Assembly (NCBI GenBank): GCA_018268395.1
Contig: JAFDWQ010000001.1
Coordinates: 221,720 to 285,719 of the forward strand
DNA: 64,000 nucleotides
Direction of reading: 5' to 3'
DNA from: Armatimonadota bacterium
GTDB taxonomy: Bacteria > Armatimonadota > Fimbriimonadia > Fimbriimonadales > Fimbriimonadaceae
How positions within the stretch are numbered: the stretch's first letter is position 1; the number at the start of each line of letters is the position of its first letter. A program made the position numbers and the translations under genes. The notes under the pieces were generated by a model, which had not been told where the DNA came from, searched no databases, and saw only the letters and a program-made list of their open reading frames with translations. Below, piece by piece: positions 45,862-53,994 of this stretch.

Positions 45862-47061
45862 ATGCCTTATTACGCCTATTTAGCGGTCGACAAGTCAGGA
45901 CGAAAGATCAAGTCCGTCATGGAAGCGGACAGCGAGGCGCTGGTCCTTCAGCACCTCCGGTCGGAAGGTTTGCAGGCCCTCGAGCTCAGGCAGACCCGGA
46001 AACGGGGAACCATGGCCAAGGGCAAGATGAAGCCGAAGGCCCTGGTCGTGTTCTCACGCCAGTTCGCCACGATGATCGACGCGGGCATCCCGATCTTGAG
46101 GTGCCTCGACATCCTGTGGTCGCAGACCAAGGATCCGATCCTCAAACCGGTCCTTGAGAGCGTCAGGAACGACGTCAAGGGTGGCCTCACGCTCAACGAA
46201 GCGATGGCCAAGCACCCTCAGGTCTTCAACAAGCTTTACGTCAACATGATCCGGGCGGCCGAGCTCGGCGGCATCCTGGACATCATCCTGGACCGCCTGT
46301 CGGGGTTCTTGGAGTACGAAGCCGAAGTCCGGTCGAAGATCAAGAGCTCGATGATGTACCCGGTGCTGGTCCTGGTCTTCTCGCAGCTCATGTTGTTCGT
46401 GCTGTTCAGCTTCGTGCTGCCCAAGTTCAAAGACATTTTCACGGGCATGAACGTCAAGATGCCGGCGATGACGGCGATGCTGTTCGCGATCGGCGACTTC
46501 ATGCAGGCCTATTGGTGGACGATCCTGTTGTTCGTCGGTGCCGTGCTCATCGGTATCAAGATCTACGGCAAGACGCCGAAGGGCCGCTACCAGCTCGATT
46601 TCTTCAAACTGAAGTTCCCGATCGTCGGCGAGCTTTCGCTCAAAATGAGCGTGGCCCGTTTCTGCCGCACGTTCGGCACGCTGATCAACAGCGGCGTCCC
46701 GATGATGCGCAGCCTCGAGATCGTGGGCGAAACGATGGCGAACGGCGTCCTGGCCGAAGCCGTCCAACAGACGCGCTCCAGCATTCGCGAGGGGCAGAAG
46801 CTCAGCGTGCCGCTGGCCGCTTCGGGCCTGTTCCCGAGCATGGTGACGCACATGATCGACGTCGGTGAAGAGTCCGGCCGCCTGAGCGAGATGCTCGTCA
46901 AGGTCGGCGACTTCTACGACACCGAAGTCGAGGCGACGGTGAAGGGTCTGACGTCAATGATCGAGCCGATGCTGATCATCTTCCTGGGTGGCGTGGTCGG
47001 GTTCATCGCCATCTCGGTCATGACGCCGATCTTCAGCATCGTCAACAGCGTCAACAAGTAA
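45862..47061 (+). CDS. pilC: Type II secretion system F / type IV pilus platform protein (PilC/GspF family)
   Basis: Two GspF repeats (FSRQFATMIDAGIPILRCLDIL and FCRTFGTLINSGVPMMRSLEIV) and three TM helices. Confidence 0.85.
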   Translation: MPYYAYLAVDKSGRKIKSVMEADSEALVLQHLRSEGLQALELRQTRKRGTMAKGKMKPKALVVFSRQFATMIDAGIPILRCLDILWSQTKDPILKPVLESVRNDVKGGLTLNEAMAKHPQVFNKLYVNMIRAAELGGILDIILDRLSGFLEYEAEVRSKIKSSMMYPVLVLVFSQLMLFVLFSFVLPKFKDIFTGMNVKMPAMTAMLFAIGDFMQAYWWTILLFVGAVLIGIKIYGKTPKGRYQLDFFKLKFPIVGELSLKMSVARFCRTFGTLINSGVPMMRSLEIVGETMANGVLAEAVQQTRSSIREGQKLSVPLAASGLFPSMVTHMIDVGEESGRLSEMLVKVGDFYDTEVEATVKGLTSMIEPMLIIFLGGVVGFIAISVMTPIFSIVNSVNK

Positions 47062-47071
47062 CCGATTCACA

Positions 47072-47106
47072 CCCTCCTGCCCGCCGTTCGACGGCCGGCA
47101 GGAGGG
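47072..47106 (+). terminator. Strong GC hairpin downstream of pilC (possible terminator or attenuator; no U-tract)
   Basis: CCCTCCTGCC (47072-47081) pairs with GGCAGGAGGG (47097-47106). An inner GCCG/CGGC pairing also forms. Followed by ACGACAG, not a T-run. Confidence 0.35.
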
Positions 47107-47184
47107 ACGACAGACCCTGACGGAGTCCAGGAGGGACGAAGGAAGGGATCCGGCCAGGACGGCCGGAGAACGACGATCAACGGA

Positions 47185-48453
47185 ATGAACATGTCGGAAT
47201 CTTCTGTAGGAGCCAAGAAGGACGTCGAAGCGTTGGTGGTGGATTACGCCGCCGACCCGAGACCGGACCTGAAAGACCTCATCATCGTCCAATGTGCGGC
47301 GATGGTCGAGCGGATCGCCCGCCGCTTCAGCGGCGTGGAACCGGTCGACGACCTGATCCAGGTCGGCTACATCGGGCTCCTCAACGCGCTCAGTAAGTTC
47401 GACCCCCATGCCGGAGTCAAGTTCAACACCTATGCGACGCACCTCGTCGCGGGCGAGATCAAGCACTATCTGCGCGACCGTTCTCAGATCATCCGGCATC
47501 CGGCCTGGATCCAGGAACTGCGCCAACGCATTTCGAAGGCGACACTGACGCTGCAGGCCGAGCTCGGTCGTCAGCCGACCGAACGGGAGATCGCCGAAGC
47601 CTGCAAGATCAGCGAACAGGCCATCGCAGAAGTCACCGCGACGCAGGAACTCCTGCGCGTGTCCTCCCTGGACGCGCCGCTTCAAGAGGACGAAGAGGGC
47701 GACTGCGACCTGGACAAGCTCGACGCGTCGGGCTCGTGCACGGGTCAGGTCAGTGTGGAAGACCGGGTCCTTCTCGAGTCGGCGATGCAACAGCTCCGGG
47801 ACCTGGAGCGCGAAGTCTTGGTCTACTTCCACTTCGATTCGATGAGCCAGACCGAGATCGCGGACAAACTCGGAATTTCCTGCAACTACGTCTCCCACAT
47901 CCTGAGACAATCGCTCAGCAAGCTCCGCCGCATCCTGACGAGCGAAGAGGAAGCCGACCGGTCCCTGCGCCGAAGACTGCCGAACGACGGCGAAGTGATG
48001 GACGAGGAGACCAAAGCCTATACCGAGGACTACTTGAAGGCGAGGCTGACCGAGGAGATCCATCGGGTGGTCTCGACGAACTCGGCCGTCGGGGTCGTCG
48101 TCGTGCAGTTCACGGGCCTGCAGGGCCTTCAGGAGTTCTATGGAGCGGCCAGCGTCCGCGACTTCCTGGCCGACTGCGTGGATTTCCTAAGGTCATCGGT
48201 CCGGTCCTTGGACGTCGTCTGCCGCTACGGCGATAGCGGCTTCGCCGTCATCCTGCCCGGTCAAGGCGCTTCGACGGGCCTGGTCCGGCAAAGGATGAAC
48301 CGCCGTTTCTCGCAATGGCTGATCGGTCGCTTCGCGGGCTCGAACGCCATCGAAGTCAAGATCGGACACGCCAGTGCGCCGGAGCACGGACGCAACGCCT
48401 TGGACCTCCTTTCGGTCGCTTCGGACGACCGGGCCGACCGCAAGGCGGCTTGA
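47185..48453 (+). CDS. Group-3 (SigB/SigF/FliA-like) sigma-70 factor fused to a C-terminal degenerate GGDEF domain
   Basis: Region 2: DLIQVGYIGLLNALSKFD...YATHLVAGEIKHYLRD. Region 4 HTH: SQTEIADKLGISCNYVSHILRQSL. C-terminal ~140 aa follow the GGDEF fold pattern, with RSLDVVCRYGDSGFAVILPG in place of RxxD-x5-GG[DE]EF. Confidence 0.8.
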   Translation: MNMSESSVGAKKDVEALVVDYAADPRPDLKDLIIVQCAAMVERIARRFSGVEPVDDLIQVGYIGLLNALSKFDPHAGVKFNTYATHLVAGEIKHYLRDRSQIIRHPAWIQELRQRISKATLTLQAELGRQPTEREIAEACKISEQAIAEVTATQELLRVSSLDAPLQEDEEGDCDLDKLDASGSCTGQVSVEDRVLLESAMQQLRDLEREVLVYFHFDSMSQTEIADKLGISCNYVSHILRQSLSKLRRILTSEEEADRSLRRRLPNDGEVMDEETKAYTEDYLKARLTEEIHRVVSTNSAVGVVVVQFTGLQGLQEFYGAASVRDFLADCVDFLRSSVRSLDVVCRYGDSGFAVILPGQGASTGLVRQRMNRRFSQWLIGRFAGSNAIEVKIGHASAPEHGRNALDLLSVASDDRADRKAA

Positions 48454-48508
48454 TCCTGGCGATGGGCCGGCCCACAATGGAGGGGCCGGCGCGGCGTCCT
48501 CTAGGGGC

Positions 48509-49210
48509 ATGCGTACGGTGGAAGAGCCGACGATGGCCGACGCGCGTCCCGTTTATCCCGAACTCGATTTCCCTCCTGCCTGGCCGGAGCGGCCCTACAC
48601 GTACCTGAACATGGTCGCCACGATCGACGGCAAGACCGTCTCCGGCGAGCGCGACGAAAACGTCATGGACCTTGGGTCGTCCACCGACCACGCGACGATG
48701 CGGGCCATCGAAGACGTCAGCGACGCGGTCATGATCGGAGCCGGTTCCCTACGGGCGACAAAGGGCCTCCATTACGCTCCGGGCATCAAGAGGTTCGTCG
48801 TCTCGAGCAGCGGCGGGCTGGACTACACCGCACGGTTCTTCACTGACGATCCTCACGGGACATGGGTCGTCACCGGCTCCAGAGGCTTGATTCACGTTCC
48901 AAGCCCGGTCAAAACCCTCGTCACCGGGGAATCGGCGGACTGGCGCCCTGTGCTCCTGGCGATGCGTCAGGACCTCGGCATCGAGCGGCTCCTCGTGGAA
49001 GGTGGAAGCGAGCTGAACGCATCGCTGTTCGAAGCCGATCTGATCGACGAAGTCTTCCTGACCGTGGCACCCAAGGTGAAGCTGGGGCGCGAGACGCCGA
49101 CCGTCGCCGGCGGGGACCCTCTGCCAAGGGGGTCTTTGAAGACCTTCCACCTACTCAGTTGTACGGTCGAGGAGGACGAGGTCTTCCTCCGTTATCGGCG
49201 GCCACGCTAA
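48509..49210 (+). CDS. RibD C-terminal / dihydrofolate-reductase-like family protein
   Basis: YLNMVATIDGKTV...DHATMRAIEDVSDAVMIGAGSLR...LLVEGGSELNASL. The start at ATG 48509 is chosen over the upstream track start, which overlaps the sigma gene. Confidence 0.75.
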   Translation: MRTVEEPTMADARPVYPELDFPPAWPERPYTYLNMVATIDGKTVSGERDENVMDLGSSTDHATMRAIEDVSDAVMIGAGSLRATKGLHYAPGIKRFVVSSSGGLDYTARFFTDDPHGTWVVTGSRGLIHVPSPVKTLVTGESADWRPVLLAMRQDLGIERLLVEGGSELNASLFEADLIDEVFLTVAPKVKLGRETPTVAGGDPLPRGSLKTFHLLSCTVEEDEVFLRYRRPR

Positions 49211-49279
49211 GAGACAGTAGAGCGCCCCTGGGCGGAGTCTCGGGCACCGATGCTCCGTTAGGAGAAACTGTCCAGACGC

Positions 49280-50422
49280 GTGCGCAACCCCCTCGCCCCG
49301 ACGGTGTTCCTCGTCCGGAACGCCGGGAAGACGTTCCCTCTCGTCGGGGTCATCGTCCTTGCGGTCATGCTCATCGCGGGGATCGTGGCGATCATGGACT
49401 CGATCCCGCTCAGCATCAAGACGACTTACGGCTATAGCCGCAACTACCTTGGCGTGACCCCTCGAGGGAACAACGCGATGACTCCGCTTCTCAAGGCTGT
49501 CGTCGAGAAAGAGGCCCCCGTCCCCCTTGCGCCCGTCATGGTCTGCCGTGCCAGCGACTGCGAAGTCAAGAGCATCGTCGGCCCCTGGCGGTTCGTCATC
49601 GTCGCTTTAGGCCAGGACGACATGCGGCGCTACGTCGACAGGCTTGGCGGGGCCCGGATCGAAGGGCGGTACCCGGAAGCCGGCAAACCTGAAGCGATCG
49701 TCTCCGAACCCGTGATGCGCAATTTGGGGAAGAAGCTCGGGGACGTCCTTCTCGGTCCGGACACGTCCGAAGCTTATTCGCCGAAAGAGGTCCGGATCGT
49801 CGGGGTCGCCCACATGGCCCCCTGGATGATCCTGTGCCCGATCGAATACCACCGGGAACACCACTTCCCTCCCATAGACCTCTTGATCGTGATGGCACAA
49901 GACGTCAAGGACCAGGGCAAGCTCGACCGATGGGCGTACGACCGCTTTAAGGGCGAACAGGCACGCGTCTTCGCGTACTTTCAGCTCGAGAAGGAGACCG
50001 ACGAAATGTTCCGGATCCTGTATTCGATCCTCAACGTCGTCGTGGCCATGCTTGTCATCGTGATCACGCTGATGATGGCGATGCTGATGAACATCTATCA
50101 GTCCCAGCGCCTTCAGGAGTTCGGCCTGCTTCAGGCCCTGGGCTACACCCGAAAGGCGCTTTTGCGCCGCGTCCTCGTCGAGACCGCTCTCGTGATGGTC
50201 GGCGGATGGATCCTCGGAGTCGTCGTGGCCTTCCTTCTCCTTTCGGCGGTCAAAGCCGCGTTGATGGATCCGAGGGCGTTCATGCTCGACCCCTGGGACA
50301 AGTCGGCCTACCTCTACACCGTCCCCGTGCCGATCGCGATCTTCGTCGCGGCCACGGTCACGGTCGCCCGTCGGTTCGCGACGTTCGACCCCGTAGGAGT
50401 CGTCGAGCGGAGGCTCGTATGA
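49280..50422 (+). CDS. ABC transporter permease, FtsX/MacB-like
   Basis: One N-terminal TM, a ~200-aa extracytoplasmic domain, then an FtsX-type 3-TM bundle with RLQEFGLLQALGYTRKALLRRVLVE. Confidence 0.75.
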   Translation: MRNPLAPTVFLVRNAGKTFPLVGVIVLAVMLIAGIVAIMDSIPLSIKTTYGYSRNYLGVTPRGNNAMTPLLKAVVEKEAPVPLAPVMVCRASDCEVKSIVGPWRFVIVALGQDDMRRYVDRLGGARIEGRYPEAGKPEAIVSEPVMRNLGKKLGDVLLGPDTSEAYSPKEVRIVGVAHMAPWMILCPIEYHREHHFPPIDLLIVMAQDVKDQGKLDRWAYDRFKGEQARVFAYFQLEKETDEMFRILYSILNVVVAMLVIVITLMMAMLMNIYQSQRLQEFGLLQALGYTRKALLRRVLVETALVMVGGWILGVVVAFLLLSAVKAALMDPRAFMLDPWDKSAYLYTVPVPIAIFVAATVTVARRFATFDPVGVVERRLV

Positions 50423-51078
50423 TCCAGGCTCGCGCAGCCTCCCTGGTGTACTCCGACCATGGCAAGGAAGTGTTCGCGGTCCGAGACGCTGACCTCAAAG
50501 TCAGGGACGGCGAGTTTCTCGGCATTCTCGGCCCGAGCGGTTCTGGAAAGTCGTCGCTGCTCTACCTTCTGTGCGGGCTCAAAACCCCGAGCCGGGGCGA
50601 AATCTTGTACCGCGAACGCGACATGGCCAAGATGCCCGAGTCCGAACGGTCGGAACTGAGGCTGCGGCGGTTCGGATTCGTGTTCCAATACCCCTACCTT
50701 CTCGGGTACCTGTCGGCACTGGAAAACGTCGTCTTGGCCTGTCCGGGGGAAGACCGTCACGACGAAGCCCTCGCGTTGCTCGACGGGCTCGGCCTCGGGA
50801 CGAAGAACCACCGACTGCCCCATGAAATGAGCGGCGGTGAAAAACAGCGGGTGTGCATCGCCCGCGCTTTGCTCGGTGGCCGCGAGACCGTCTTCGCGGA
50901 CGAACCCACGGCGAACCTAGACCATGCGAACGGGGCCGCCGTCGTCGAGAGCCTCGTCGCGAACAGGGGACCGGGCAGCCTCGTCATGGTCACCCATGAC
51001 CCGTCGATGCTCGAGAAGGCCGACCGGATCGTCCGGATCGCGGACGGCCGTATCGAGGAAGAGCACTCGTACTCCTAA
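50419..51078 (+). CDS. ABC transporter ATP-binding protein
   Basis: Walker A GPSGSGKSS, signature MSGGEKQRV, Walker B VFADEPT. ATGA overlap with the permease stop. The longer track ORF (50206) is an out-of-context extension. Confidence 0.9.
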   Translation: MIQARAASLVYSDHGKEVFAVRDADLKVRDGEFLGILGPSGSGKSSLLYLLCGLKTPSRGEILYRERDMAKMPESERSELRLRRFGFVFQYPYLLGYLSALENVVLACPGEDRHDEALALLDGLGLGTKNHRLPHEMSGGEKQRVCIARALLGGRETVFADEPTANLDHANGAAVVESLVANRGPGSLVMVTHDPSMLEKADRIVRIADGRIEEEHSYS

Positions 51079-51079
51079 G

Positions 51080-52477
51080 CTACTTTTTGCCCTGGTCGAG
51101 GTTGACCATGGTGCCCATCAACGTCTTTTCCGCTCCGCCCTTGTCGCCGCGCTGGATGGCCTGCATGGCGACCGTGACCTCTTGGGCTTCGTTCGTCCGG
51201 CCTTGCGAAAGGAGAAGAGCCTGCGTCTTTTGAAGGTCGGCCAGTGCGACGGCCGTCGTGATCTGTTGGGTTTTGAGGCCCATGATCGTCCGCTCAACGG
51301 TCCGGGAGGCGGCGCTGACTTGTGCGGCGGCCGAGACCCTCGGGTCTTGCGGCGCTGAGTAGCGTGCAGGGTCGGCCGTGAACTCCATGACGAAGTCGAC
51401 GTTCGTCGCCCGGGTCGCGCCCGACGCGTCCGAATACTCCAGCTTTCCCCCGCAAACGCGATAGTGACCAAGGGGATGGTTCGGGAAGTCAAAGTCGAGG
51501 ACGATCTGCATCGTGGCCCCGCGCTCCAGATCGGCGAGGTCGAGCGTGAACTCGCGAGAGTCCGGAGGTACGGAATGCCCGGTGACACCCCGGAGGTTCA
51601 CCCACCGTGAAAGCTTCAGCGTCAGCCGCAAGTGCATCGCGCTGACCGTCATCAACTTCTGAAGTTCCGTCCGAAAGATCTCGGGGATCAGTTGGGGCTG
51701 CGGAATGTAATAGTAGTTCCCGCCCGCCTTCTTCGCCATCGCGGCCAAGAGCTCTTCGTTGTAGTCCGGCCCGAAGCCCAAAAACGTGCAGGTCACGCCT
51801 CGTGCTTTGATGTCGCCCGCGTGCTGGACGAGACTGGCGAAGTCCTTGATCCCCGCCGTCGGGTCACCGTCGCTCAAGACGACCATGCGCGTCGCACGGC
51901 CGCTCTCGCCGTGCACCGCCAATTGATGGGCGGCGAGTTGGATGCCGTCGTACAGGTTCGTCGTATAGCCCGGCGTCAATTGGGAGATGCCGTCCTTGAC
52001 CGTTTGACGGTTCGTGACGCGCTGGGGCGGCATGAGGACTTCCACGGTCTCGTCGAACACGACGATGCTCAAAACGTCGTCAGGCCCCATGAGGTCGACG
52101 ACGAAGCCACAAGCCTGCTTGGCGTACTCCAGCGGTGGACCCTCCATTGACCCGGACCGGTCGATGACCAGGCACAGGTTGAGCGGAGTTCGCGCTCCTC
52201 CGACGGCGACACCCGGGAGCCCCGGCTCTTGCGGAGCGGTCACTTCGAGCAGGAACTGCTCGCGGGCGGGGCCGTTCGCCATGGTCGCCGTCCGGCTCGG
52301 AGCCACGGTCACTTGCAGTTCCTGCGACGGCGGCGCCCAGGCCGTGGTCCGGTTCGGGTCGCCGGCCATGGGGGCCGACGACATGGCTTGGGTCCGGTTG
52401 TCCACCGGTCCCGTGCCGATCACGGTCCGGTTCGGGTCGAACCCGCCCACCACGGTCTTGTTGGGGTCTTGCTGCAT
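51080..52477 (-). CDS. von Willebrand factor type A (VWA) domain protein with an N-terminal DPN[KR]T repeat tail
   Basis: MIDAS motif VIDRSGSMEG (DxSxS), later TNLYDG and VVLSDGDPT. No TM or signal peptide seen. About 200-aa C-terminal extension. Confidence 0.85.
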   Translation of the reverse strand: MQQDPNKTVVGGFDPNRTVIGTGPVDNRTQAMSSAPMAGDPNRTTAWAPPSQELQVTVAPSRTATMANGPAREQFLLEVTAPQEPGLPGVAVGGARTPLNLCLVIDRSGSMEGPPLEYAKQACGFVVDLMGPDDVLSIVVFDETVEVLMPPQRVTNRQTVKDGISQLTPGYTTNLYDGIQLAAHQLAVHGESGRATRMVVLSDGDPTAGIKDFASLVQHAGDIKARGVTCTFLGFGPDYNEELLAAMAKKAGGNYYYIPQPQLIPEIFRTELQKLMTVSAMHLRLTLKLSRWVNLRGVTGHSVPPDSREFTLDLADLERGATMQIVLDFDFPNHPLGHYRVCGGKLEYSDASGATRATNVDFVMEFTADPARYSAPQDPRVSAAAQVSAASRTVERTIMGLKTQQITTAVALADLQKTQALLLSQGRTNEAQEVTVAMQAIQRGDKGGAEKTLMGTMVNLDQGKK

Positions 52478-52551
52478 TCCGCTACCTATCTTCTATCCTT
52501 CGGCAATTCTGCCCTTAACTAGACGCCGGCCGGGCCTGTTTTGCTCGGTCG

Positions 52552-53994
52552 TCATTCGAGTCTGAACTGAGTCGACCCTACGGTCAAGGTGTCTCCTGGT
52601 CTTAGGAACGCCGTCTGAACGCGCTGTCCATTGACGAACGTGCCGTTCGTACTGCCCAGGTCCATGACCTGAAGCCCGCCTTGGGCCGGCGACACCGAGG
52701 CGTGGCGGCGCGAAGCTTGGGAGTCGAAACCGAGCGAGACCCCCGTCGCTTCCCGGCCCAGTTCGACGGCACCCGCCACCGGGAACCGCTGCCCGGTCAG
52801 CGGGCCCGTGACCGCGACCAAGGTCATCGCCCCGTAACCCGGCATGACCGTCGGTTGCGACGGCTGAGGCTGCGCCGGGTAGACCATGGTCGGCTGGGGT
52901 GCGGCTTGCGGCATGGCCACCGTCGGTTGGGTCGGTGGCTGCTGGTAGCCGTAGGGCTGGGGAGCCTGAGCCGGCGGAGGTACGCCCTGCGGGAATCCTT
53001 GATAAGGTGCCGTGCCGCCGACGGGGACGCCTTTGGCCCGACCTTCGTGCGCTCCGGCCGATCCGGATTTCATGAGGAACTGGAACTGCATCGTCCCGAT
53101 CTGAAATGTGTCGCCGGACGAGAGGACGGCTTGCGGCACGCGGACACCGTTGTGCCCGACGCCGATCGGCGATCCGGGATCCTGAAGCAGGTATTGGCCG
53201 CCCTGCTTGACGATCACGGCGGCAAGGGCAGGAACCGATGGGTCGCCGAAGAGGGGGATGTGGGCCCGCTCGTCACGACCGATCAGGGTCTGGGCCGCGT
53301 CGACGGGCCATTCCTTGCCCTCGTTCCTTCCCAGCACGAGCCTCACCCATGCGCGGCGTGTCGCCCAGTCCATCAGGGCTGTGAACAGCCCGATCATCAG
53401 GCCCAAGCCGAAGGCCATGACGGCCCGGGCAGGCGCTCCCGTCTCGGCTTGGAAGCCGGCAGGAACGTTCGCAGTGGCGATCGGAGGCATGAGGCCCGCG
53501 ATCGCCCTCGCCGTCACGTCGAAGACCGCTCCCGTCACGAACCCTCCGATGGCTCCACCGATCGCACCGGAGACGAGCGTCCTCAGGGAGCGTTGCGAAG
53601 CACCGACGGCGGCCCCAAGAGTGACGCCGAACGGCAGGAACGCGAACGTCCTTGCGATGACGTTTCCGTTCCCGAACCCGCCGCCGAAGAGCGAATACAC
53701 CGCTCCTGCGATCGTGTGGCCGAACCCGGCTCCGGCAGCCCCGAAAACGATCCCGAGACCGGTGGAGATCATGACGTTCTTCTTGCCGCCGCGCTCCAGG
53801 CCGTTCAAGACGCCCGCGGAACCACCGATCAGAAGGCCGAGAAAGTAGACGAACCACCGCTCGATGTTCGTGAAGGCCGGATCGAGCGTCCAGTTGCCTG
53901 CCGGAATGGTCTTCGGAAAGAACGGTTCGGTCAGGATCCAAGCGACAAAGCCTGCCGCGCCGCAGACCATGGCCTTGATCAGTGCGCGTCCCAT
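52552..53994 (-). CDS. Membrane protein with a glycine-zipper TM domain, a degenerate FHA-like domain, a P/Q-rich linker and a canonical C-terminal FHA domain
   Basis: C-terminal LGREATGVSLGFDSQASRRHASV...MDLGSTNGTFVNGQRV is a canonical FHA. The middle LIGRDERAHIPLFGDPSVPALAAVIV...GHNGVRV is FHA-like but lacks the SR.H and S.NGT residues. N-terminal GxxxG-rich helices. Confidence 0.8.
   Translation of the reverse strand: MGRALIKAMVCGAAGFVAWILTEPFFPKTIPAGNWTLDPAFTNIERWFVYFLGLLIGGSAGVLNGLERGGKKNVMISTGLGIVFGAAGAGFGHTIAGAVYSLFGGGFGNGNVIARTFAFLPFGVTLGAAVGASQRSLRTLVSGAIGGAIGGFVTGAVFDVTARAIAGLMPPIATANVPAGFQAETGAPARAVMAFGLGLMIGLFTALMDWATRRAWVRLVLGRNEGKEWPVDAAQTLIGRDERAHIPLFGDPSVPALAAVIVKQGGQYLLQDPGSPIGVGHNGVRVPQAVLSSGDTFQIGTMQFQFLMKSGSAGAHEGRAKGVPVGGTAPYQGFPQGVPPPAQAPQPYGYQQPPTQPTVAMPQAAPQPTMVYPAQPQPSQPTVMPGYGAMTLVAVTGPLTGQRFPVAGAVELGREATGVSLGFDSQASRRHASVSPAQGGLQVMDLGSTNGTFVNGQRVQTAFLRPGDTLTVGSTQFRLE

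Noticed and set aside
49280-52477. Possibility that the FtsX/MacB-type ABC transporter (49280-51078) belongs to the same system as the VWA/FHA genes.
   Set aside because: The transporter is on the opposite strand and convergent with the VWA gene, with only 1 nt between their stops. It therefore cannot be co-transcribed, and nothing in the sequences links them. Left as separate features.
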